DNA of 64,000 nt from a virus (taxonomy: Duplodnaviria > Heunggongvirae > Uroviricota > Caudoviricetes). A program made the position numbers and the translations under genes. Shown in pieces: positions 53,001 through 60,599 of this stretch (its first letter is position 1; each line of letters begins with the position of its first letter). The stretch is from IMG/VR virus record IMGVR_UViG_3300028048_000043; one strand, written 5' to 3'. The notes under the pieces are model-generated. The model was not told where the DNA came from. It saw nothing but the letters and a program-made list of their open reading frames with translations, and searched no databases.

Positions 53001-54758
53001 TATACGGATGAAGAGTTTGACACTTTCTGTCCTGAACTCATCAAATGTTTCCATAACAAGCAGACTGATTTTCCTGTAGGTCCAAAGAACGAGGGCGTTG
53101 CAATCAAAAAAGTTAAAGCGAACGTTATTAACGAGGGAGAAAATCACGTAGATTTTTCAATCTTAGTTCCTGGAACAAAGGAGTATTGCAAGCTTCTTGA
53201 AATGGAATATGATCCTAGATTCGAAAAAAGACAGGGTATGATGAGAATCATTGCCGAAAACAAGAACGAGGCTCAGGTAATCTATAACAGATTATATCTC
53301 CATAGTTTGAAGAATAAAAATATCGATCAGGATGTAGTAGATATCCTTGAACATTATGCACCGGAATATAAAACCGTTGCAGAAAAAAGCGCAAAGTATG
53401 ATTTAAGTGTTCCATACAATGGTTTTCTTGAGTCAAAGCTTGAAGCAAACGGATTCAAGGTTAACAGACTGAATGAGGACAAAATGTCAACGAGCATCTA
53501 TGCAGATCAGTTTGGAAAAGCAAAGAAAGTTCTAGAATCTTTCTATGGAGAGGCGGCACCGACCGAAGCTCGCGATTTTTTTCAAACTGTGAACGAAGCC
53601 GTTCATATTACAATAAAGGATGACTCAACTGGAAAAACCGTTGAGATAAACACAGATGACCTTAATGGAACGGATGCTAAATCTCAGGAAGAAGGTAGTG
53701 CCGATTTTGATAGTTCATTCAAGGACACCACTTTCGATATGAAGGATAGTATGGTGTTTAAGGATGACGCCGAATCTTCTGATGATGAAGACGAAGATAA
53801 GGAAAAAGAGAAAAAAGAAGAAGACAAGGAGAAAAAGGAATCTAAAAAGAACGATGAGAAGGCTGACGAGTCTTTAGATGTAACGGAGACTGAAGAAGGT
53901 TCCAACGAGGAAGAAAAATCAGAAGATGGAGAAGGTTCTGAAGAATCCAAGAAGACAGAAAAATCCGACTCCGAAGACTCTGAAAAAGAAAAAGAGCAGC
54001 CTAAGAAAAAGTTCAAATTCAGAGCATCAAAAAAGGCAAAAAACGAATCAGTAAATAATAACGGTTCATCTCCGTCTTTGAATGAAAACCTGAACGAGTC
54101 TGCTGCCCCTACAATTCTTGACCTTGTAGACACTCCTTCCGGAAGAGGTCAGATCATATACGAGCTTGCTGATGGTTCATTCATAGTTAATGTTTGTGGT
54201 CACACTCTTAATTATCAGAAAGGTCAGGTAAAGATGCTCAACGAGCGTCCGGATACCGTTGATTTTCCTTGGAAGATAGATCCAGTAACACTCAAGGCTA
54301 TCTTTGAAAGCTATGTAAATTGCGGAATGTTCATCAATAACATGAGAATTACTTCTGATGATTGTAGAGTTAAGTTGAACGAGTATGACAGCGCAAAGCC
54401 TGATGACGAGGTTAATGTTATCCTTGAAGGTAAATCTACAAAAATCGTTAAGAAATACCTTAGAATAACTGAGAATCTTCTTGAAACGCTTGATGTTAAC
54501 AACTATGCAGCAGGTAAAGTAAGACTAAGTCTTGAGGAAGGTTTGGTTGACGCTGACGCATATGTCAACAGAAAAGATTTCAACACTTATAAAAACATTA
54601 ACGAGAGTATGTATCCAGTGAGAGTAATCGTTAAACTTGATGAAAATGCAAAAATGATTTACGCAAACGGAGCAAGTATAACTCTCAACGAAAGTGAGGA
54701 TTATATGCCATCATACGCGAAAGATCTTAAAAATGCGATCGCTTTGACGATCAAATAA
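50019..54758 (+). CDS. Very large acidic head protein (prohead core/scaffold-like)
   Basis: 1579 aa, D/E/P-rich linkers, many [LIV]-x-E motifs, ATAAATA at 49988. Confidence 0.5.
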   Translation: MTNSNRTLSMVKIVDLKGAIDNLMLSESQSVAIVALCEEFKKLLDSGKQEHELCEKFVVELSKIAESEKAKEILGSLNESVKTNAKNIKLANSVTRLYNSSCKFIAPMLESRTVDYMINKTPETRKELCETLSVFASEPVVKDIIETAVFEGNAAELGVNLVNVTLLESADENKEKTYTESEVDAIIADRLAEAKAAEEAKPRKTIASINTHIGLSGVITNILEKNGSNEKLRAFCEQYVNALNSGKPEETLYEGFISGISNWNYLSAVDTELSALSDRISKYKQDIDLKKILKIMEQTASYFIVPLIEEVVVDYVNEKSITNRELLLQRLESFEYDPFVRDIMNVVNRDLSIENGVYLGESLSLANKYVHTEDVFSPVNYIKENETVFNVKGTYYRRTDNEVNKLSRQEVAALSESFKNLCALVNSECVKISEALNTITIYEGRNKAVISESEINVNGKKVEPGEIDSLINKAPYLGEGSQAFYSAIKVLNENFDNIANINFVKRVAANDRSGKAVDVFKIDNNIFVNTIDESLGRSVYYKNVNPIQCRNYINEHMGINISSLFEDVLPDQGNLAEARKAKAAEFEDYIESLEDKKNTLIKMKDESSDVDDIDDVIKMIDKEIEDTKADYKKFQQDADEFENGKDSDKEDSLKNEVPSDDDEKSDDEKSDDGSHEDSEKESPEEMEQPLTGDEGSSEAPAEDEFSSEPDEYADVPEFDSDFDVPAPVEEPEQTGETVPSSGVVPSPVNSYQVLHVSYNKNVKSGKLTNKGEVIVVIPSVDANGDVHDDMRKVTFYLDANNKPVINNEYMPLDMYYSICDAIENTPETKSGNFDNGDEPTDPQTPETPAPVVPEPETPVDNTPEPTAPAANDTPAEGAVQDSIEGSDASDTEASSETHTEGESTNEVPAENSDAEQQTPAEVQSIDAESAQYPITIGLYHDEFAPRSVSDFEKDLDDMKIEHSQSEGASDEICLKIRNKAQAHALRGYFKDWMNYTDEEFDTFCPELIKCFHNKQTDFPVGPKNEGVAIKKVKANVINEGENHVDFSILVPGTKEYCKLLEMEYDPRFEKRQGMMRIIAENKNEAQVIYNRLYLHSLKNKNIDQDVVDILEHYAPEYKTVAEKSAKYDLSVPYNGFLESKLEANGFKVNRLNEDKMSTSIYADQFGKAKKVLESFYGEAAPTEARDFFQTVNEAVHITIKDDSTGKTVEINTDDLNGTDAKSQEEGSADFDSSFKDTTFDMKDSMVFKDDAESSDDEDEDKEKEKKEEDKEKKESKKNDEKADESLDVTETEEGSNEEEKSEDGEGSEESKKTEKSDSEDSEKEKEQPKKKFKFRASKKAKNESVNNNGSSPSLNENLNESAAPTILDLVDTPSGRGQIIYELADGSFIVNVCGHTLNYQKGQVKMLNERPDTVDFPWKIDPVTLKAIFESYVNCGMFINNMRITSDDCRVKLNEYDSAKPDDEVNVILEGKSTKIVKKYLRITENLLETLDVNNYAAGKVRLSLEEGLVDADAYVNRKDFNTYKNINESMYPVRVIVKLDENAKMIYANGASITLNESEDYMPSYAKDLKNAIALTIK

Positions 54759-54779
54759 AACTTTAACTTAATTAAAAAA

Positions 54780-55091
54780 ATGAAAGGGTTAAAAAGATAC
54801 ATCGACGCGATTGTTTTTTCATCGCTGCAAACTAAACTTTCCGTTTGTTCTTTCCTTGTCGGATCGGCAATGTGTTTGCTTTGTATGTTCTGGGTACCGC
54901 CACCCGGTGAAGTAACATCATCAGCATTACAGGCAACAGGAATGTTCCTTGTTTTAGCTGGAGCGGCCGCAGGAATCAACGTTGCGTTTGATTTGCAATC
55001 GCAAAAATTTAATGCGCAGCTTGCGGACGTCATGAAGAGACTGCCAAAAAAGAAGGAGGAAGAAGACGGTGTGTCTGACGAACTCTTCTAA
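54780..55091 (+). CDS. Holin-like two-TM protein
   Basis: Two hydrophobic helices around PPPGEVTSSAL loop; charged C-terminus. Confidence 0.55.
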   Translation: MKGLKRYIDAIVFSSLQTKLSVCSFLVGSAMCLLCMFWVPPPGEVTSSALQATGMFLVLAGAAAGINVAFDLQSQKFNAQLADVMKRLPKKKEEEDGVSDELF

Positions 55092-55094
55092 AAT

Positions 55095-55126
55095 AAAAAT
55101 GAGAGAGGTCATCCTCTCTCATTTTT
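55095..55126. terminator. Bidirectional intrinsic terminator
   Basis: AAAAATGAGAGAGG-TCAT-CCTCTCTCATTTTT. Confidence 0.85.
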
Positions 55127-55949
55127 TTACATAAACCGCAGTTCTTAATCTATTTTGATGTGGTTGTTTATCTTCCACTTTACAGTTTGAAGTCCATGCG
55201 TCTTTTTTGAGCCTTCCGTTTTCTCGAAGTTTAATTATAGACAGTGGAGCTTCATAAGACAGTTCACAGCATGTATTGCAAACTTTTTTGATAACGGCTT
55301 CGGCTTCGTATCTGAAATTTTCATTTAAAATAAAGTTTCTGTTTACCCGGCGGACATCTGAATACATTCCTGTATCTCGTCTTACAGTTAGATTTTCTCC
55401 GAATATTCTTCTATAGAACAGAACCTTATTAACGGTGTTTACTTTGACGAATTTGAATACTCTTTTTTCAAACTCAGTGTCTGCGCCGCACGTCCAGGGT
55501 CTGTATCCTCCAAATTTGTTAAATATATCATGTCTCAACAATATTTGTCCCTGGGATCTTTCCTTTGAGTTTGTTTTTGACTCGTGAAAGAATGTAACAA
55601 CATCATACCCAGATGTTGCGTTCATGAGTTCAGAAATCATAAATGGGTGCATTATATCGTCTGAATCGAACCGTAGCAGCCATTCATATTTGGCGTTTGA
55701 CATCACGGTGTTTGTCGTGACATACGTTCCCTCGTTGCTATCCATCATAATAAGCCTGAAATTCTTATAATCCTTCATTATAGAACGAATATATTCCAGG
55801 TCTTCGATGTCTCCATCAACACCTACTATTATTTCATAGTTGGTGTGATTTTTAAACCAAGTTTGTGACGCGACACTATCGAGTGTACTTTTTATGAATT
55901 TTTTAGAATGATACGCGCTGATGCATACTGAAATCCCTGGTTTGTACAT
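55119..55949 (-). CDS. GT2 family glycosyltransferase
   Basis: ISVCISAY, EIIVGVDG, RFDSDD, FGGY....ADTEF. Confidence 0.9.
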   Translation of the reverse strand: MYKPGISVCISAYHSKKFIKSTLDSVASQTWFKNHTNYEIIVGVDGDIEDLEYIRSIMKDYKNFRLIMMDSNEGTYVTTNTVMSNAKYEWLLRFDSDDIMHPFMISELMNATSGYDVVTFFHESKTNSKERSQGQILLRHDIFNKFGGYRPWTCGADTEFEKRVFKFVKVNTVNKVLFYRRIFGENLTVRRDTGMYSDVRRVNRNFILNENFRYEAEAVIKKVCNTCCELSYEAPLSIIKLRENGRLKKDAWTSNCKVEDKQPHQNRLRTAVYVKK

Positions 55950-55996
55950 AGAATGGCGTTTATTTTTCTCAAGCTATTTATCTTTAAAAAACTTTT

Positions 55997-56010
55997 TCAG
56001 TATATTTGCA
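55997..56010 (+). promoter_or_regulatory. Bacteroidota sigma-A-type promoter upstream of TnpB/late-sigma operon
   Basis: TCAGTATATTTGCA. Confidence 0.75.
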
Positions 56011-56022
56011 AAACAATTTCAT

Positions 56023-57309
56023 TGTAAAATAAAGTGAAAAATAGATTTTTCATTTTAATGTTGCATGTTGCAAATAAATACAATGAAATGATTAAAGTGT
56101 ACAAATATAAGATTAAACCAACTGATGACCAAAAGTTGTTTCTTTCTCAGTTTTTTGGATGTTCTCGGTTCATATATAATTGGGGGTTGGAATTAAAAAC
56201 CTCATCTTATAAAGAATCTGGAAAATCTTCAACGTATAATGAATTATCAAAAAAATTAACAATATTAAAGAAGAATGATGAATTTAAATGGTTAAATGAC
56301 TGTCCTTGTGTTGTTTTACAACAATCTCTGCGTAATTTGGAAAACGCGTTTACTTCGTTTTTTAGAAAAAAATCAAAATATCCGTGTTTTAAATCAAAAA
56401 AGAATCATAGAAACTCTGCAAAGTTTATATTATCCGTCTATTTTGATTTTGAAAAATGGCTCGTTAAAGTTCCAAAACTTGGTTGGATAAAACTTTGTAA
56501 AAATAGGAAATTTAATGCATCGATATGTAGACAAGGTACAACGACAATAAGTATGGACAAATGCAACACATACTGGATCACTGTTATTGTTGATGATCTT
56601 CAACCAAAGCAACCGAAAACCAAGGTTGTTAGAGAGACTGCCGTGGGTGTAGATTTAGGAATTAAACATTTTGCTATACTATCTGATGGAACAAAATATC
56701 CTAATCCAAAATATTATGAGAATAAACAAAAAGAGATTACGCATCTCACAAAGGCATTAAGAAGAACAAAAGTTGGGAGCCATCGACATGAAAAAGCAAG
56801 ATTAGCTTTAGCGAAAAGTTATCGAAAGATTTCCAATCAAAGAAATGACATGATTCATAAAATAACGACAGATTTGGTAAAAAGGTTTGATACAATTTGT
56901 CTAGAGGATTTAAATATTGAAGGGATGTTAAAAAATAAACATTTAGCTAAATCTATACAAAGCGCTAGCTGGGGAGAATTTATTAGGCAGATTCAGTATA
57001 AATCTGAAATTTTTGGAAAAAACGTGTTGTTCATAGGTCAATTTGATCCAAGTAGCAAATTATGTCATTGTTGTGGATATTTGAAAAAGGATTTAACATT
57101 ATCTGATCGCGACTGGACTTGTCCTCGATGTGGTACACACCATGATAGAGATGTAAACGCGGCAATTAATATAAGAAACATTTCATTTGAAAAACAAAAT
57201 TTAATAGGTATATAAAATACAAATATAGCGTGCCTGTAGGGAAGCAGGTTAAGGCGTGGAGGGAAGAGGTTACGAACCCTGTGAATCGCTGAGATATGGA
57301 TTATATCAT
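56023..57309 (+). mobile_element. Non-autonomous IS200/IS605-family (IS1341-type) element with solo tnpB
   Basis: Flanked by TCATT at 56019-56023 and 57306-57310; left hairpin TGAAAAAT-AG-ATTTTTCA (56035-56052); right hairpin GATAT-GGATT-ATATC; no tnpA. Ends ambiguous within the 5-nt repeat. Confidence 0.75.
56088..57215 (+). CDS. tnpB: TnpB RNA-guided endonuclease
   Basis: N-terminal HTH (YKYKIKPT..Q...FGCSRFIYN), RuvC GVDLG, LEDL, DRDVNAA all intact, CHCC/CPRC zinc finger; ATG 56088 preferred. Confidence 0.95.
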   Translation: MIKVYKYKIKPTDDQKLFLSQFFGCSRFIYNWGLELKTSSYKESGKSSTYNELSKKLTILKKNDEFKWLNDCPCVVLQQSLRNLENAFTSFFRKKSKYPCFKSKKNHRNSAKFILSVYFDFEKWLVKVPKLGWIKLCKNRKFNASICRQGTTTISMDKCNTYWITVIVDDLQPKQPKTKVVRETAVGVDLGIKHFAILSDGTKYPNPKYYENKQKEITHLTKALRRTKVGSHRHEKARLALAKSYRKISNQRNDMIHKITTDLVKRFDTICLEDLNIEGMLKNKHLAKSIQSASWGEFIRQIQYKSEIFGKNVLFIGQFDPSSKLCHCCGYLKKDLTLSDRDWTCPRCGTHHDRDVNAAINIRNISFEKQNLIGI

Positions 57310-57330
57310 TCCTTTTGCATATAATATATA
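57180..57330 (+). ncRNA. Predicted TnpB omegaRNA (scaffold to ~57309, guide ~57310-57330)
   Basis: GC-richer non-coding right end after tnpB (GCGTGGAGGG...CCCTGTGAATCGC); location follows known TnpB architecture; boundaries inferred. Confidence 0.6.
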
Positions 57331-57351
57331 GAAAAGAAATTTTTATGACAC

Positions 57352-57798
57352 GTGGCAACAAAATTACAAGCAAAGATAAGGAGCGAGAAAGACGGCGTCG
57401 AGTTTGTTGATAACACCTTGCATACTGTTGGACGTACACCGATTGCTGAACATTACGTCAGAAATCAGGATTTGTATGATGAGATGATGTATTGCAAAGA
57501 GCACAACAATGGCATAGCGACCGACAAACTCGCAAACATGTTTCTAAACATCGCATCAAAACTTTCAAATATGTTAAAATATAATAATCCGGATGACAGA
57601 GAAGATTGTATCTATTTTGCTGTCGCCGATTGTTTGAAGTATTTTAACGATTTCGATCCAACGGTGACAAAAAACGCATTCGCATATATCACATCGATTT
57701 GTTCAAACGGCTTCGCAAAGGGTTGGCGGGCTTTAGGAAAGATGAAATTTCCGGATTCAATGATGGTTAGCCTAGACGATAACATTTACAGCATATAG
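57352..57798 (+). CDS. Late transcription sigma factor (T4 gp55-like)
   Basis: HYVRNQDLYDEM, DREDCI..AVADCLKYFNDFDP..TKNAFAYITSIC..GF; short, region 2 only. Confidence 0.8.
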   Translation: MATKLQAKIRSEKDGVEFVDNTLHTVGRTPIAEHYVRNQDLYDEMMYCKEHNNGIATDKLANMFLNIASKLSNMLKYNNPDDREDCIYFAVADCLKYFNDFDPTVTKNAFAYITSICSNGFAKGWRALGKMKFPDSMMVSLDDNIYSI

Positions 57799-57800
57799 AT

Positions 57801-58097
57801 ATGAGCATAGAAGAAGGAAAAGAAATAAGAGATTATATGTGTGCGTATGCACATATATGGAGCGGTAAATATAAACCGGTTGACTTCCAACACGGACTTG
57901 AAGATTTTTTCAATGATCCAGAAAACAACGATAAACCGCTAAAGGAAATTATATCAAGATATAAAAAGTATTGCGAAGGCAATAATTTTCCATTTTTCTG
58001 TATAGCTATTATGCCTTGGGCTGAAGAAGAATATTATAACGAACATTTGAAAACCGTAAAAGATTTTGAAGCAAAACATAAAGAATTGTTTAATTAA
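57801..58097 (+). CDS. Hypothetical protein
   Basis: 98-aa ORF in operon. Confidence 0.7.
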   Translation: MSIEEGKEIRDYMCAYAHIWSGKYKPVDFQHGLEDFFNDPENNDKPLKEIISRYKKYCEGNNFPFFCIAIMPWAEEEYYNEHLKTVKDFEAKHKELFN

Positions 58098-58721
58098 ATG
58101 GAAGTAACAGTTAATAGAGATACTTCGTGGGAAAGGGCTGTTAACGCAGCCAGAAGAACTGTCGGAAAGGGTCCGCTTGGGCATGAACCGTCCGATAAAT
58201 GGAAAACGATGGCTACGATGGCAGAACATTCGCCAATCAAGTTAGTTGAATATACTATTTCATTTAAGGATTTGAAACAGCGCGTTGGTGTTCATATTTT
58301 GCGCCATGACTATGTTCTTCCGTTCATCCATTCCCAGCGCTCTGACAGAAGGGAAGACATCGAGGAATTGACAAACAGGTATATGGATATTGTTTCGGAT
58401 GATATAAAGAATGATCCATATTTTAACCGCAGCGATGTTCTTCCGCAGGGACAGCCGAACGATCAAGATTTTGTTGTAAATGTACAGACGCTCATAAATA
58501 TTTCTAGAAAAAGACTTTGCAGTTGTGCGTCGCCCGACACAAGGGCTGCATGGAGAGCCGTTAAGGACGCCATTTCAGAAATAGATCCAGTTGTGGCAAG
58601 ATGTATGGTTCCAAACTGCATTTACAGAGGAAGGTGTCCAGAGATGAAGACTTGTGGGTATTACAAGACCGACAAATTCAAGAATGAATTGGAAGAATAT
58701 TGGAAACAAATAGAACGATAA
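58098..58721 (+). CDS. thyX: ThyX-like flavin-dependent thymidylate synthase (divergent)
   Basis: EHSPI, ILRH...SQRSDR, N...L..ISRKRLC, PNCIYRGRCPE. Confidence 0.75.
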   Translation: MEVTVNRDTSWERAVNAARRTVGKGPLGHEPSDKWKTMATMAEHSPIKLVEYTISFKDLKQRVGVHILRHDYVLPFIHSQRSDRREDIEELTNRYMDIVSDDIKNDPYFNRSDVLPQGQPNDQDFVVNVQTLINISRKRLCSCASPDTRAAWRAVKDAISEIDPVVARCMVPNCIYRGRCPEMKTCGYYKTDKFKNELEEYWKQIER

Positions 58722-58725
58722 TAAT

Positions 58726-58926
58726 ATGGCAGCAAAAAAGAAAGATGAGTTAAAGGATAGAATCGTTAAGTTAATCGAGACTATCAGAGACAACATGAAG
58801 AGATGCAACCTCGGTCAGGTAATCGGACCTCTTTATGAATCCGGATACAGACAGGGTGTTGACGATGTTATTAAGATGCTAAATGAAACATTAGATGATT
58901 ATGCAGGAAAATCAAAATCTGAATAG
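58726..58926 (+). CDS. Small hypothetical protein
   Basis: 66-aa ORF in operon. Confidence 0.6.
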   Translation: MAAKKKDELKDRIVKLIETIRDNMKRCNLGQVIGPLYESGYRQGVDDVIKMLNETLDDYAGKSKSE

Positions 58927-59350
58927 TTTGTTGGCGGAAGTACAATCAGACGTTCTCTTTGAGGAAAAAGAAGAGTCTCTTCTTGGAAAGTTAGTAAAGG
59001 AAAACACAGAAAATCAGGAATCTTCATCGGAAACGTTGCTTTCCGATGTGAATAAGCTTGACACTGCCGCACAGACAGTATCTGATGATGAAGTAAAAAA
59101 GGCTATTGAACTTGAGCGTAGAAAAGCTTTCTTCATGAATCCTGAAAACCAGGCTACAATCTTATTAAATGATTATCTCGTAGCAAACCCAAATATGTTT
59201 CTTACTGGACATCAAAAAAGAATGCTTTATAGGGCATTCTTAAGAAAAGCCAAAAAAGGAAAATACAACAGGGTGTTCCGTGAACAGATATACGGTGTGT
59301 CTCTTGAAGATAGTAAGAAAGCCGCAAAAAAGTTTGCAAAATTGAATTAA
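58895..59350 (+). CDS. Hypothetical protein
   Basis: 151-aa ORF. Confidence 0.65.
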   Translation: MIMQENQNLNSLLAEVQSDVLFEEKEESLLGKLVKENTENQESSSETLLSDVNKLDTAAQTVSDDEVKKAIELERRKAFFMNPENQATILLNDYLVANPNMFLTGHQKRMLYRAFLRKAKKGKYNRVFREQIYGVSLEDSKKAAKKFAKLN

Positions 59351-59387
59351 ATTCTCACAATAAATAGCGAAAACAACGCTTAATAAA

Positions 59388-59744
59388 ATGAGAATGTATT
59401 CATACGAAGATTTTGAGGACGCCGGAATGGACCTCCAAGATTTTGAGGATGGTGGGTTTAATAACAATATAGAATCGGACGAACGTATACAGCTGGATGA
59501 TCCTGAATCTATAGAAGATGATGACGAAGAAACCGTTCCTCAAGGAAAGACGCTCATATCCGTATTAAGGTCTGAACTTAGAAAGCCAGAATGTGACAGA
59601 GGTTCCATAGATTTCAGATATGATGGTAAGGATTACGAGGATTGTGTTCCGATGCTTGAAATAAACCCAAACAAGTTTGTATTCAAGCTTGAAAAGGAAG
59701 GGAACAAGATGAAATCGTTTTTCCTGTCAAATATCTCGTTATAA
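59388..59744 (+). CDS. Acidic hypothetical late protein
   Basis: 118 aa after ATAAATA 59360-59366. Confidence 0.7.
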   Translation: MRMYSYEDFEDAGMDLQDFEDGGFNNNIESDERIQLDDPESIEDDDEETVPQGKTLISVLRSELRKPECDRGSIDFRYDGKDYEDCVPMLEINPNKFVFKLEKEGNKMKSFFLSNISL

Positions 59745-59748
59745 GAAA

Positions 59749-59774
59749 AAAGATCTGACAATCGTCAGATCTTT
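59749..59774. terminator. Bidirectional intrinsic terminator
   Basis: AAAGATCTGAC-AATC-GTCAGATCTTT. Confidence 0.8.
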
Positions 59775-59902
59775 ATTTTTCTAAAAGAAGTCACAGTTTT
59801 CGGTCCTTTTATCGTTGTTACTTTTGACGATGGGGACTTTTTTTCTTGTGCTGAGTTTATTTTTGTTTGTGAACTGCCTCCGCAGTTTGGACATTTTTTC
59901 AT
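59765..59902 (-). CDS. Unannotated 45-aa basic CxxC microprotein
   Basis: MKKCPNCGGSSQTKINSAQEKKSPSSKVTTIKGPKTVTSFRKIKI*, ATAAATA at 59925-59931 (minus), terminator at its end. Confidence 0.6.
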   Translation of the reverse strand: MKKCPNCGGSSQTKINSAQEKKSPSSKVTTIKGPKTVTSFRKIKI

Positions 59903-59980
59903 TTCTTACAATTTAATCTTTTTTTATTTATCCATTTGTCTCGAATAAATAAACAAAGTAATTGTTATTCCGGAAATAAC

Positions 59981-60592
59981 ATGATAGTCTTAAGATATTT
60001 TAAAAAGAAAAAGGTAAACGAGGACGACAATGAAGCAACTGAGCAGCAGAATCAGCAGGCTCAGTCAGTCATTGAAGATTCCAACAAGAAAATCGCTGAT
60101 ATAGAAAAGAAAATCGCGGACATCCGTTCGGCTGCGGATGCCCAGATAAACGATTTGAAAAAACAGATAACAAGCGAACAGGATAAAATTGCTAAAGCTG
60201 GCGGTTCAGTTAATCCATCAGCGGTTATAGAGCACAAAAAATCGTTCGGAAGAAAGCTATACGAGGCTTCTACAAACCGTACAGATGAAATGTTTACTAT
60301 GATTTCTGTAGCGTTTGATTCTATCCAGGATTTATCTTATACTCCTAACGACACAAAGAAAAAGACAATGGCTAGAAACCTAATCGCCTTCATCAACAAA
60401 AATGTTTCTTGGGGAAGCGATGGTGAATATCATGGTGATGAGTTCAACGACGAAGTCAAGCGATCGATAAACGCCGGACAGATGTCTCTATCTATAAAAG
60501 AAAAAGAAAAATTCGTTGAAGAGCTTGATAAACAGTTGAAGGACAATGTAATGTTCTCATATATTTTTAAGGAAAAAGAAAATAATCAATAA
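59981..60592 (+). CDS. Coiled-coil late protein
   Basis: ATG 59981 (MIVLRYFKKKKVNE) after ATAAATA 59945-59951. Confidence 0.7.
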   Translation: MIVLRYFKKKKVNEDDNEATEQQNQQAQSVIEDSNKKIADIEKKIADIRSAADAQINDLKKQITSEQDKIAKAGGSVNPSAVIEHKKSFGRKLYEASTNRTDEMFTMISVAFDSIQDLSYTPNDTKKKTMARNLIAFINKNVSWGSDGEYHGDEFNDEVKRSINAGQMSLSIKEKEKFVEELDKQLKDNVMFSYIFKEKENNQ

Positions 60593-60599
60593 TAAAACT

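Noticed and set aside
56088-57798. TnpB next to a sigma factor as a dCas12f-sigmaE/TldR RNA-guided transcription system
   Set aside because: RuvC D-E-D residues are intact, IS ends are recognisable, and the sigma is a core gp55-like gene; adjacency is explained by insertion
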